Assembly (NCBI GenBank): GCA_951406725.2
Contig: OX597831.1
Span: forward strand, 44,082,001 to 44,146,000
Reading direction: 5' to 3'
Length of the DNA stretch: 64,000 bases
From: Octopus vulgaris
Lineage: Eukaryota
The notes under the pieces are model-generated. The model ran no database searches and was not told the DNA's origin. It saw only the letters and a program-made list of their open reading frames with translations. The translations under genes and the position numbers were made by a program. Positions 43,230 through 60,487 of the stretch are shown here, one piece after another. Position 1 is the stretch's first letter; every line of letters begins with the position of its first letter.

Positions 43230-43482
43230 GCTCACATTATGGGTGTAACGTTAATAACTACCGCCTTGTATTTCTCTGGGTTTTTCTAAAGTCTTCTGCC
43301 CATCTCTTTTCTAGCAATAAGTAGTTGTTTAGTGTCAGGCTTACTACGTGATGTTTTGTAGAATGTTTCTCGTAGTACGCCCTCCGGAGGTCTCTTACGT
43401 TCCACCCTTTTGTTACTGAGCCATATTTTATAGCTGCCATTGCAAGGGTATTGATAGCTGTAGAGATACTATTTTCCCTAGT
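43230..43482 (-). mobile_element. R4-like LINE RT thumb fragment
   Basis: Minus translation AINTLAMAAIKYG...W...DL...HH...KPD...LLIARK..GR.L resembles the R4-clade motif AINT.A.P...Y...W...HHPK.D..RLY..R..GGRGL. Confidence 0.55.
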
Positions 43483-43539
43483 GATATGAGTTCAACCCTT
43501 TAGCATTCAGATTACTGCACCAAATTTAATGCACTTGGG

Positions 43540-43960
43540 TCTATATAATCCGTTTGTCTGTCCTTGTTTGTCCTCTCTGTGTTTAGCCCCTTGTGGATAG
43601 TAAAGAAATAGGTATTTCGTCTACCGCTACGTTCTGAGTTCAAATTACGCCGAGGTCGACTTTGCCTTTCATCCTTTTGGGGTCGATTAAATAAGTACCA
43701 GTTACGCACTGAGGTCGATATAATCCGTTTGTCTCTCCTTGTTTGTCCTCTCTGTGTTTAGCCCCTTGTGGGTAGTAAAGAAATAGGTATTTTGCCCGTT
43801 GCTACGTTCTGAGTTCACATTCCGTTCCGTCGAGGTCGACTTTGGCTTTCATCCTTTCAAGGCCGATAAATCCAGTACCAGTGGCGTACTGGGGTCGATA
43901 TAATTGGCTATATCTTTCACCCAAACATCAGGCTTTGTGTCCTTATGCTGTAATAGAAAT
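43540..43960 (+). mobile_element. Nested SINE family B array
   Basis: Two Tx1-type tails each followed directly by GGTATTT, which is internal B-head sequence. Confidence 0.8.
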
Positions 43961-44898
43961 AAGAGTTAGAAATTAAATGATTTGCAGTATTTAAGTTTAG
44001 TCTTTAATATTCTCACTTGAAATCCCAACAAGTTTGACTTTGTCTTTCAGCCTTTCCAGGATCGATGAAATAAACTACCAGCCAATAAATAAGGTCGATG
44101 TAATTGACTTTACAACACTCAAAAAAGCTTTCTTTATGTGAGCGCCAGCTACAATGAATTAATCCTCTAAGGCCACTAAGAAATGTTAAATATAAGGAAA
44201 ATGTAATTAGATTTATTGTGAAAAATGTAATTATTACTAAAGAAATAAAACTGTAAACTGACATTTTAATAACATTTTTAAGATTTAAGAAGCATCGAGT
44301 AAATAACATAAAGTGTTATTACCAAAAACGGTGAAGAACCGGAGTGGGTCGTTACAGAGGTCTGGTAGAATGTGTTGTGGTATTTTTGCTGTCTCTCCGC
44401 ACTTTCTTTTCAGATCTCACAGCGGTCAACTCATTTCGATCCCAGTACTTTTTATTTTAGCCTGGTACTTATTCTATCGGTATCTATGCCGAACCGCTAA
44501 GTTATGGGTATATAAAAACAAAAACCAACAACGGTTGTCAAGTAGTGGTTGGGAGCAATCACAAATGGCTTTCATTTTACCGAAAACGTGAAAGAGAATA
44601 TTAGGAGAGAGGTTAATTTTTACCTTGTCTTTTACTTTTTTCATTCTCCCTTGAAATTGACTGCATTAATTGCGCTATAACAGGGGTTCTCAACTATTTT
44701 TTTTCTATTTATGGACCCCTTTGATTACTATTTTATTCTTGTGGACCCCCATAACAATATGATGTCTAAAACTAGTTTTAGAGAAACTTTTTCCAAAATT
44801 CATATTTTGTTTCTCTTACGTTAACTTGTGTACATTTGTGGCCAATGATTTTGGCAAAAGCATTATTTTGCACCAAAAATATATAAACATGCCTATCT

Positions 44899-45185
44899 AG
44901 GCGTAGAAGTGGCTGTGTGGTAAGTAGCTTGCTTACCAACCACATGGTTCCGGGTTCAGTCCGACTGCGTGGTACCTTGGGCAAATGTCTTCTACTATAG
45001 CCTCGGGCCGACCAAAGCCTTGTGAGTAGATTTGGTAGACGGAAACTGAGAGAAGCCCGTCGATAGAATAAGTACTAGGCTTACAAAGAATAAGTCCTGG
45101 GGTCGATTTCCTCGACTAAAAGGCGGTGCTCCAGCATGGCCACAGTCAAATGACTGAAACAAGTAAAAGTGTAAAGAGTGAGTAA
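44899..45185 (+). mobile_element. SINE family A, internally deleted, next to a hAT-MITE fragment (44681-44890)
   Basis: Head and tail present; central microsatellite region missing. Confidence 0.8.
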
Positions 45186-45284
45186 GTCAAAAGGTTGATT
45201 TGATGGAGAACATACGAGCATATTAACGAAGAATACCACATATGAACAATAATAAGGTGTGATACACAGTTATTTATCTTCCTC

Positions 45285-46259
45285 TCAGTATTTGCAGTGG
45301 CGATCCCTATTTTTCGTGACGTCCATGATTTATTAGGGCATGCTGGAAACCAATGATTGAGTCAATACTATGTTTACAGACCTTCATTCTTGCTGTACGT
45401 GAGCTTATTTGTTGGTTTTTCTATGTCAACTCGGATTTTAAGGATGGACCATAAATTTCCAATAGGATTTAAATCTGGAGAATTTCCCTGCCAAGGTTCC
45501 AAAATTTCAATACTTTTATCTCCAAGATACTTTTTAATCTTTTTAGCAGTGTGGCAAGGTGCTCCATCTTGTTGGAAAATCCAAATTTCTTCACTAAACT
45601 GCCTCGCAATGGTTGGAAGGAGATGGTTTTCGAGGATATTTTGGTACCACGTGGAATTCACACAAGTGTTATATCGGCAAAACTGACAGTGACCCAACGC
45701 CGTTGGATGAAAAGCAACCCCACATATGAATTGATTTCTGGATGCTTGACCGTTGGCACGATACAGACCTCATCATAGCGTTCATCTTGTTGCCTTCTGA
45801 CGAGCCTTTTCCCAGATGTCCCAACAATAAAAATGGTGCTTCGTCAGAAAAATTCACTTTGTTCCATTGTTCATTAGACCAACTTATATATTTTCTGCAA
45901 AAGTCAAGCCTGTCCTTCACGTTTTTCTTGGACAAAAAAGGTTTCATTGCAGCACTCCTTGAAGCGAGACCACTGTCAAGAAGTCAATCGTCGAACAGTC
46001 CGAGCTGATGTGCTGACACCGGCTGAATCCCACTCTTTAGCAAGCACTTCGATTCCTCTATGGATTATTCACTAAAGCCCTGTCTTGATGGTCAGAGGAC
46101 AAATGTTAACGACCAGGGGGCTTCTTCACTGTCTTTCAAAGATTTTTTTATCCTGTACACAGTTCTTTCAGGCGTAATACCTTTAGCAACAAAATCCTGT
46201 GTTCTACCATTTTGGTAGAAAAAAATTATTAACTGACGTTTTTCTTGTGCCAACACCAT
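45285..46259 (-). pseudogene. Tc1/mariner transposase pseudogene with DD35E spacing (Traveler-like)
   Basis: MVLAQEKR...; KPFLSKKNVKDRLDFCRKY..W...WNKVNFSDE; WGCFS..GVG; FQQDGAPCH...ILEPWQGNSPDLNPI(G)NLWSILK; C-terminus SMP**IMDVTKNRDRHCKY*; several frameshifts. Confidence 0.9.
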
Positions 46260-46953
46260 TCCTGCAACAAAAGAAAAGTTTTTGCGAGGAAAAAGAGCAT
46301 TCATTAATTAAGAATGAATCATAAAAGGCTCATGACATCATGCATAAATATACTTACTGTGCTGGTTATTATTTATTAGTTTGCATGCGATTCCAACTTG
46401 GAATCATGAAGAGGAATGTGATTTTCACTTGTAGGAAATATTACCAATTACGCAAATTGATGGTTATTTGCAGTATCTATTGATTTTGAAGAGTTTTTCT
46501 TTCAGATCTTATTGGATAACAGATAACCTGTTAAAATAACATTCTTTTCTACTCTAGGAGGGCGTCCAATCGATTAAATCGACCCCAGTACGCAACTTGT
46601 ATTTAATTTATCGACCCCGAAAGGATGAAAGGCTAAGTCGACCTCGGCGGAATTTGAACTCAGAACGTAAAGACAGACGTTATATATATATATGCATCGC
46701 TGGAGCGTCGGACAAAATGTTTTGTGATATTTTTCTTTGCGATTCTTTACTTTTTAAGTTCATATTCCATTTTGGGCCATGTCATCGTCCCTCATGCACA
46801 GAGAGAAGGCACGAACACGGTGGCACGAACATCTCTCTGCAGTCGAAAGACATCTTCTGGTGATGCCATGGATACAAAGGGCTTTGAAGACCAAGAACTG
46901 TAGGGATTGAACTCACAACTCTTTCTCCACATTAATCAAACTTACTAACGAAT

Positions 46954-47304
46954 GTGTTTTTTTTATATATTTCTACCTTGTTCCAGTCGTTAGACTGCGG
47001 CCATGCTGCAACATTGCCTTGAAGAATTTTGTAGTCCGACTCCAGAGCTTATTTTATAAAGCCTCGTACTCATTCTACCGTTCTCTTTTCCCGAACCGCT
47101 AATTTACGTGGACGTAAACACACCAACACCGGTTGTCAAGCGGAGATGGGGGACAAACACAGACACAACGACACACACATACACGCTCACACATGCGCAC
47201 ACACACGGACACACATACGAACACACATATGGGACGGGCTTCCCAACCACACGGTTCCGTGTTCAGTCCCACTGCGTGACACCTTCGGTAAGTGTCTTCT
47301 AACT
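46954..47304 (-). mobile_element. SINE family A with inverted 5' segment
   Basis: 3' half on the minus strand (to ~47241), head fragment on the plus strand (47242-47300); TSD aacttactaacgaat at 46939 and 47736. Confidence 0.7.
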
Positions 47305-47731
47305 GGATCTTTTCGGTTTGAACGGCAGTTTTTTCTAGCGGTGTCATATGAAATTGTCACCCATAATTATGAACCTAGAATCGATCTATTGCATTTCAAT
47401 CTCTTTTAGGGTTAGGGTTAGTTAGGGTTAGGGGTGGGGGAAGGGTATCTTTTTTTCTTCACAAATGTAAATAAACCCAATATGTGTCTTAAACGAGGGA
47501 CATATTCATACGGCACAGAATGCTTTTTAACTCAATAGACGTCACTGATTAGTTGAAATTGCAGAAATTGAAGAAAAAAAACAACAAATATCTTACAAAC
47601 TATAGAATTTTCTCAATAAAGCCAAGAGAAAAAGATGTTTTATAAACACATTCTACCAGTATACGAAATTTAAAATTTTTTAGTTACCCTAGAAATTATG
47701 TTAAAAACTGCCGTTCAAACCGAAAAGATCC
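47305..47731. mobile_element. MITE with 29-bp perfect TIRs and 8-bp TSD, containing TTAGGG repeats (MULE/Merlin-like, unresolved)
   Basis: GGATCTTTTCGGTTTGAACGGCAGTTTTT at both ends; TSD ttctaact at 47297-47304 and 47732-47739. Confidence 0.9.
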
Positions 47732-48364
47732 TTCTAACTTACTAACGAATCATCTCATTGTTTTCAGAGTGGTAATATTCTCAACAACGAGGAAGCCTTA
47801 TCACCACCATCGCATTGGTAGCCACCACCACCACCGACTGACTGAAGAATATAACAGAGACTAAGCGATTTATTGAAAACCTCACGTATGAGCGCATGCG
47901 TTTGTGTAGTTGGCTAATGAAATAAATACGAAACTAAAAGAAAGAAAATGGATTAAAACGATGTCGTCTCATTGTTTGGTATTATAAGTATTAATAAATG
48001 ATGATTTGTAGCACAGACATAAGTCCACTTAAGTATGAATAAGTAATGAGATCAGGAAAGTTTAAGAGTAATAGAAAACATCGTTAGTAGCATGACATTA
48101 CTAGATTGTGTATACAACACCTAGCCAAGAAATGTTACACCATCTTAAGCTTTACAATGAGAACTAACTCATTAACATTACCATGATGTACTACCAGAAA
48201 CAAAAGACAATGTGAAGAGAGATAGATTGTCAGCACAGTCCTTTGTCCTTTTACTAAGCATATTGCACCTATACACAAAACATGGTATTTACAGATATTT
48301 CTACTTTAATCTAGAAATGCCTCACACGTTTTGTTGACTATCTGAAATTGTATGCGCAAAATAT

Positions 48365-48822
48365 TCTGTTGGCTCTCCGTCGGTTGCGACGATAAGGGTT
48401 CTGATTGATTCGAGCAACGGAACAACCTGCTCGTGAAATTAACGTGCAAGTTGCTGGGCGCTCGACAGACACGCGTCCTCTTAACATAGTTTTCTGGGAG
48501 ATTCAGCGTGATACAGGTACTACTCATTTTGTTGTTGTTGTTTTTTTTTTTGCTAGCTGAGTAGACTGGAGCAAGGTGAAATAAAGTATCTTGCTCAAGG
48601 ATACAACATACCGCCGGGAATCAAACACATGTCATCACGACTGTGAGCCGAATACTATAACCACTGAGCCAGCTTGGACATGGAACGAAAACCAACGTTC
48701 TCTGTGACAGGTTTGATAATTGCTAAGTGATATTTCTCTTAGCATGAAACCAATGGTAGACTGTTTAAGCTTCAGATAAAGAATAGTTATCCACCATTCT
48801 CACTGTGCGATATTAACGTGTG

Positions 48823-48865
<43 letters not shown>

Positions 48866-49099
48866 CCGTGATCACCGTGATCGACCAGGCTATCAGATGT
48901 TGCTACACATCGTGGTCACAATGTATGTTTTATCAAATGACGCCACCCCGCTAGTGAGAGAAAGTTGTGGCGAAAGAGTACAGCAGGGATCGCCACCATC
49001 CCCTGCCGGAGCCTCGTGGATAAACACTCACAACGCCTGGTCTGGGAATCGAAATATCCTACGACCGCGAGTCCGCTGCCCTAACCACTATTGCGCCTC

Positions 49100-49102
<3 letters not shown>
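48365..49102 (-). mobile_element. SINE D head with tail 2 (48365-48670) and SINE C with tail 1 (48865-49102)
   Basis: Modules match 20412-20600, 9715-9951 and 16651-16958. Confidence 0.7.
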
Positions 49103-49163
<61 letters not shown>

Positions 49164-50585
49164 CATACATACACACACATACAGAGAGACAGAGATAGGC
49201 AGGCAGGTAGATAGCTGTATGTGTGAATGTGTATGTATATTTTAAGCATATATGTACAATTACATATATACTCTCGTATATGCATATACATAAATATATA
49301 AAATATACATATAGGTCAGTGCGTTTGTGCGTGTACTTGTCCGGTAACATTTTGGCACATATAATTGCGTGCATACATGTCTGCTTGTATGTTTTGTCTG
49401 TGTATGTATGTATGTATGTATGTATGTATGTATGTATGTATGTATCTATGTATGTCAGTGAGGAGAGTATCTGTTTGTATTTGTCGAGTGTGGGTATTTG
49501 TGTGTGCGTGTGCGTGCATGATTGTTGCCTTGGTGTCTAGGGAATGATGTGCTTGTACAAGCATGCATAGGTATGTGTATATACGTGAACGCTTATGTAT
49601 ATAAAAGTAAATTTATATGCGTACATATGTGTGTATGTGTGTGTGTGTGTATGTGTGTGTATGTCTGAGTTTGTGTGTAGGTTTACGAATGAGCATGCAT
49701 GCATGATGTGCCGATCCAGCCATTAACGTCGTGTTTTCAGTTTGAAAGCTAACAGGAAAGTAAAGGATATAGTCCCTCTGGTTATGAAATCGTTCATTGC
49801 TTGGTGATAAAAACCCATTTCTGCTCGTCAGGAAAATGACGTCCAACCAAAATCACTCTGCAGCGTAGTTTTGTATGAAACGAAAATTTCATTGACGAAT
49901 TTGGTTTAAGCTAAAGAAAAACAGAGCTGAAATCCCAACAAACGACAAGTGCTAGAAAAAAATGTGAGAAAAACGTGTAAAAAACACATGTTAGTGAAAT
50001 TTAAAGAATTGCCACTCAATGTAGGCAAACCGTCGTGTCGAAAAAATCACCATTAAGTTTTACTTGGACAACGTTCCATCTCAGGAACCTCTATATTTTT
50101 AAATGTAATTGTCACGGCAAGCATATCGGGAATACCATTGCTTTATACACCTGACGACGATAAGAAGGACGACAATGACAACGACGTGAACGACAATGTA
50201 GGTTTGTTTTCATAAATGTGTTTTAGTAATAAAATTAAATAATATAAATTCTGTGTTTATCTTTTCTTTTGTAATTATATTTAAACAGAGAATGAGTTTA
50301 TCGAAAACGTTACGCAATATTAAGAAATATTTTTTACGTGTAAATTCCCCTCCGTTATTTGGGTTTACACTGAAGAGAATATTCAAGGGTGGGACATCAG
50401 AAATGAAAAGAAAATAGAAAGGAAAACATCAGCTCCAAAGAGTGCTGACACGACAGATATTTTCCTCGAGCAACAGAGAAGATTCCACCGTATCCAAGAT
50501 GATCAGTGAACTCCAAAAACAACAGTTCAGTGTCTCTGCTTCTGAAGCGACAAAAGCTAGGTTCGTCTCTTATTATTCTTTAATA

Positions 50586-52560
50586 AGGCGTAGGAGTGGC
50601 TGTGTGGTAAGTAGCTTGCTTACGAACCACATGGTTCCGGGTTCAGTCCCACTGCGTGGCACCTTGGGCATGTATCTTCTACTATAGCCTCGGGCCGACC
50701 AAAGCCTTGTGAGTGGATTTGGTAGACGGAAATTGAAAGAAGCCCGTCGTGCATATATATATATGTGTATTTGTGTCTGTGTTTGTCCCCCCAACATCGC
50801 TTGACAACCGATGCTGGTGTGTTTACGTCCCCGTAACTTAGCGGTTCGGCACTAGGCTTACAAAGAATAAGTCCTGGGGCCGATTTGTTCGACTAAAGGC
50901 GGTGCTCCAGCATAGGTACAGTCAAATGACTGAAACAAGTAAAAGAGAGCAAAAGAGAATTAATTTAAGGTGGCTAGCTGGCAGAATCATTAGCGCGCCT
51001 GACGAAATGCCTAGAGGTATTTCGACCATCGTTACGTTCTGAGTTCAAATTCCGCCGAGGTCGACTTTACCTTTCATCCTTTCGGGGTCGATTAAATAAC
51101 TACCAGTTGAACACTGGGCTCGAAGTAATCGACTCCTCCCCTCCCCCCAAATTTCTGCCCCTGTGACAAAATTTGATACCATTATTATTTAATAATTATT
51201 TAAGGTAGCGAGCTGGCAGAAACGTTAGCACGCCAGGCGAAATGCTTAGCTACGTTCTGAGTTCAAATTCCGCCGACATCGACTTTGCCTTTCATCCTTT
51301 CGGGGTCGATCAAATAAGTACCAGTTACAATCCGTTTCTCTGTCCTTGTTTGTCCCCTTGTGGGCAGTAAAGAAATAAGAAATGTTAGCACGTCAGGCGT
51401 AATGCTTAGTGGCAGTTCGTCTGTCTTCATTTTCTGAGTTTAAATTCCGCCGAGGTCGACTTTGCCTTTCATCCTTTCGGGGTCGATAAAATAAATACCA
51501 GTTAAGTAATCGACTTATCGCTCCCCTAAATTCCAGGCCTTGTGCCTACAATAGAAAGGATTATTTTAAGGCGGCGAGCTGGCAGAAACGTTAGCACGCC
51601 GGGCGAACTGCTTAGAGGTATTTCGTCTGCCGTTACGTTGTGAGTTCAAATTCCGCTGAGGTCGACTTTGCCTTTCATCCTTTCGAGGTCGATAAATTCT
51701 GTACCAGTTACGTACTGGGGTCGATATAATCGACTTAATCCGTTTGTCTGTCCTTGTTTGTCCTCTCTGTGTTTAGCCCCTTGTGGGTAGTAAAGAAATA
51801 GGTATTTCGTCTGTCTTTACGTTCTGAGTTCAAATTCCGCCGCGGTCAGCTTTGCCTTTCATCCTTTCGGGGTCGATTAAATATGTACCAGTTGAGTACA
51901 GGGGTCGATGTAATCGACCATCCCTCTCCCCAAAATTTCAGGCCGTGTGCCTATAATAGAAAAGAATCGTTAGATTTCTGGGGTCGATAAAATATGCACA
52001 ACACAAGCACTAGGGTCGATGCAATAGACTAGCTCCCTCGCCACAAAATTTCAATCCTTGTGCTTATTAGTATAGAAAGAATTTTCTAAGGCAGCGACGC
52101 AGCAGATTCGCTAGAACGTTGGACATAATGCTTAGTAGCATATCTTTCGTTTCATTCCGTTCTCTGATCAAATTCCGCTGTAGTAGACTTTGTCTTTCAT
52201 CCACTCGAGTTTGATAAAATAAATACCTATTTCTTTACTACCCACAAGGGGCTAAACACAGAGGGGACAAACAAGGACAGACAAACGGATTAAGTCGATT
52301 ATATCGACTCCAGTGCGTAACTGGTACTTAATTTATCGACCCCGAAAGGATGAAAGCAAAGTCGACCTCGGCGGAATTTGAACTCCGAACGTAGCGGCAG
52401 ACGAAATACCGTTAAGCATTTCGCCCGGCGCGCTAACGTTTCTGCCAGCTCGCCGCTGATTTATTGATAAAATAAATACCAGCTGAGTACTGATGCTGTT
52501 GTAATCGACTTATTCCTTGCCCCTAATGTTGCTGGCCTCAGGACAAAGTTTGAAACAATT
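50586..52560. mobile_element. SINE pile-up: one family A copy then about eight family B copies, several nested
   Basis: Repeated B heads and Meta-like cores; 17-bp TSD ttgataaaataaatacc at 52211 and 52464. Confidence 0.85.
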
Positions 52561-52725
52561 ATTTAATTACAAAACGGTGAATCTTTATGAGAAGATCTGG
52601 CTGTTATTTCCCGTATGTCGAATATGTGCATAAACGCTCTTTCCCTTCTCGTGGACTTTTAATTTTCGACATTGCTGTCGTTGTTATTATTTTTTAGCAC
52701 TTGCTCAGCACTGATAGAGCAGGCT

Positions 52726-52875
52726 CAGCAGCGTAGCTGGATGATAAGGGCGCTCCGCTCCGGGCGACGCTTTTGTTGGGGTAACATTTGCGGTTTACTG
52801 TATAAGCAATTATTTAACTGAGGAAGAATACTTAAAAGCTGCCGCCAGGTGGCACTCATTCAAGCTACGCCAGTG
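52726..52875. mobile_element. Small hAT-type MITE
   Basis: TIR-like ends CAGCAGCGTAGCT / AGCTACGCCAGTG; degenerate 8-bp TSD (5/8 match). Confidence 0.55.
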
Positions 52876-52966
52876 AGTAGACGGATCACCAAAGACAAAA
52901 TGACCATTGGAATTTTTATAAATCTAGAATTATATTTATATTCTTTTATATCATTAGAATGTAATA

Positions 52967-53316
52967 TAGTGGTTCTCCACCGGGATCCATATGACACTTA
53001 AGGGTCTATAGAAACCTTAGGGGTTCATATAAGATGTTGTCGTTAAAATTTATGCGCAATAAATTGCTGATACTGCTAGAATACACCAAATATCTTAACA
53101 ATTTTAGTAGACAATCCCTAATAATACTTAATTATAAAAATATACAAACCCAATTTGTAGGCGTAGGAGTGGCTGTGTGGTAAGTAGCTTGCTTATGATC
53201 TACATGGTTTCAGGTTCAGTCCCACTGCGTGGCACCTTGGGCAAGTGTCTTCTACTATAGCAGAAGCCTTGTGAGTGGATTTGGTAGACGGAAACTGAAA
53301 AGAAGCCCATCGTATG

Positions 53317-53411
<95 letters not shown>

Positions 53412-53425
53412 GTGTGTGTGTGTGT

Positions 53426-53457
<32 letters not shown>

Positions 53458-53774
53458 TTGTCCCCCCAACAACGCTTGACAATCGATGCTGGTGTGTTTA
53501 TGTCCCCCGTAACTTAGCGGTTCGGCAAAAGAGAACCGATAGAATAAGTACCAGGTTTACAAAGAATAAGTTCTGGGGTCGATTTGCTCGACTAAATGCG
53601 GTGCTCCAGCATGGCCGCAGTCAAATGACTGAAACAAGTAAAAGAGTAAAAGAGCATGTAAGTTTTTAAACATCGAATAGCTATGAAGGTCCAGTGGAGT
53701 AAAATAGGAATTACAAGGGTTCATAACTAAAACCCTATAGGGGTCCATAGCTAAAAGATGGTTAGGAAACATCG
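52967..53774. mobile_element. Charlie-like hAT MITE interrupted by SINE A (53159-53655)
   Basis: Ends TAGTGGTTCTCCACC / GGTTAGGAAACATCG; 8-bp TSD atgtaata/atgtaatg; related fragments at 5873-5965, 20974-21070, 44681-44890. Confidence 0.65.
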
Positions 53775-53942
53775 ATGTAATGTAAGGCAGCGAGCACGCC
53801 GGTTATACATTTTGGATCAAAATGTCGTTATTTTATTATTTCGGGTTCGATGAAATAAGTACCCCCTGTGCACTGGAATCGATGTAATCGACTGCCCCCT
53901 TTTCTCTAACATCGCTGACCACGTGACAAAATTTGAAACCAT

Positions 53943-53997
53943 TTTCTTTTACTTGTTTCAGTCATTTTGACTGCGGTCATGCTGGGGCACCGCCTTG

Positions 53998-54034
<37 letters not shown>

Positions 54035-54843
54035 ACGTGATCACCGTGATCACCGTGACCGACCAGGTTATCAGATGTTGCTACACATCGCTGGTCACAA
54101 TGCGCTTCGCATTGTTTTAACCTTCAAATGACGCCACCCCGCTGGCTAAGCGAGCAGGCCAATATATATATATATATTTATGTGTGTGTGTGTGTGTGTG
54201 TGTGTGTTATATGCGACGAACATCTTTTAGTTTCCATCTACCAAATCCACTCACAAGGTTTTGGTCGGCCCGAGGCTATAGTAGATGACACTTGCCTAAG
54301 GTGCCACGCAGTAGAACCCGGGACCATGTGGTTGGGAAGCAAGCTTCTTACCACACAGCTATGTCTACGCCAGCATTATTTAAATTATTCAATCATCTCT
54401 TTTCTTTCTTCTGTTATAGGCGCAGGAGTGGCTGTGTGGTAAGTAGCTTACTAACCAACCACATGGTTCCGGGTTCAGTCCCACTGCGTGGCATCTTGGG
54501 CAAGTGTCTTCTGCTATAGCCCCGGGCCGATCAATGCCTTGTGAGTGGATTTGGTAGACGGAAACTGAAAGAAGCCTGTCGTTTATATATATATATGTGT
54601 ATGTGTGTGTATGTGTGTGAGTTTGTGTGTGTGTGTGTTTGTGTGTTTGTCCCCCTAGCATGGCTTGACAACCGATGCTGGTGTGTTTACGTCCCCGTCA
54701 CTTAGCGGTTCGGCAAAAGAGACCGATAGAATGAGTACTGGGCTTACAAAGAATAAGTCCCGGGGTCGATTTGCTCGACTAAAGGCGGTGCTCCAGCATG
54801 GCCACAGTCAAATGACTGAAACAAATAAAAGAGTAAAAGAGTA
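53943..54843. mobile_element. Head-to-head SINE A pair (minus 53943-54370, carrying a C-tail insert; plus 54418-54843)
   Basis: Family A motifs in opposite orientation about 50 bp apart. Confidence 0.8.
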
Positions 54844-55784
54844 TAACAACGGAGTGAATTATTTGAAATATTTGGCTGCTATTTCCCATACGTCGAACGA
54901 GCAAGCAGATGCTCTTCCCGCCTTCCGCTCTCAGCAACCTCTTACATTTCGACACTATTGCTAATGACCTTTGATGGTTTTCTAAATCAAGGTTTAAATT
55001 TTTCAACGTGTTTTCCCCTTATGTTTTTCTTTATAATGAAGTAGTCAAAAGTTCTTTCCCGAATCATAGGACCATAGAGTCGGTTTCCTGGTTTCTGTGG
55101 CATATGTATTCACCCGACCTGAACAGAACGCCGGTCCTTCGAAATGAAGTGTTTTGCTCAAGAACATAATCCATCACTCAGCCCAGGAATCGAAATTACA
55201 ATCTTACAATCATGAGTCCAACACCCCTAACCAGTAAGCCACGTGACCCCACAATGGCCTTTGATATTATTCTACATCAAGGTTTATATTGTCCAACGTG
55301 TTTCCCCCTTTATGTTTCTCTTCCTAATGATACTAAGGTGTAATATAGGAGTGAGAATGTTTGGCTGCCATTTCTAGCACGCCGTAGATTCGTGCGTCTC
55401 GTCGGTTTGTATTTCTGAGCAATTTGTATGCAAGAGCCTTCCTTCGGCGAAGTTTACCTCGACAAAGATCCAAACATGATTTGTCAGTGAAATTCGATAT
55501 TCTCTAGCAATATTTCACAAGATGACTTAACTAAACAATATGGCAACTTTGTTTGCGTACGTGAAATTCTGAAATATGTATTATAATAACAACGGAGAAC
55601 AGGGTAAAGAGAGAGAGGAGGGTGAGTAGAAGGAAACCAGAAGGGGAAGGATTGAGGAACGAAAAAGAAAAAAAAGAAAAAGAACAACGTCAACAACGAA
55701 AGCAAATAAAAATATAAAGATTTATTTTTATTGGCAGATGCAATATCTCGCATTGTTTCATCTGCTGATATTAAAGGCTATTAA

Positions 55785-59934
<4,150 letters not shown>

Positions 59935-60396
59935 GAGGGGAAGAGAGAAAAAGAGGCATAGAGAAAGAGAGAGGCTAGGTATTACAGAATGTCACATATG
60001 TATTCATTCGAGAATATATCTTTAATATGTAGAAGTGAATGTATGTACGTTTATCTCTGTGCATGCTCCAGATTGCCGAGTACACTCTTACACTTGGGCA
60101 ACTGAACTTTGGCCTACAGGCTTATATTTTCAAAGTGGAGGTCATGAACAATGTCACTTTTTCTTATACCTTCTTTAAACGATGTCAAAGTAAGGCATCT
60201 CTATTATACATTCTTTTGTGTTTATTACTTCGGGTTGGAGGCTACAGTTTTTGACCCTGTGTAGCTGAAATTTTTGTATAGCGACGCATCTTTCCATCAT
60301 TTCATAGAGACTGTTAGAGGGCATGTGACATTTTCTGACACTCCCTGTACAATAGGACACGTTTTTGTATGATTGCATGCTTGTGTATTGTGCATG

Positions 60397-60487
<91 letters not shown>

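Noticed and set aside
49690-50570. Unique stretch with a short ORF (50442-50687)
   Set aside because: No recognisable domain; the ORF runs into a SINE.
60250-60290. miR-10-like sequence (ACCCTGTGTAGCTGAAATTTTTGT)
   Set aside because: Poor match and no hairpin; lies next to a Tc1/mariner-like terminus (TACAGGGAGTGTCAGAAAATG on the minus strand near 60349).
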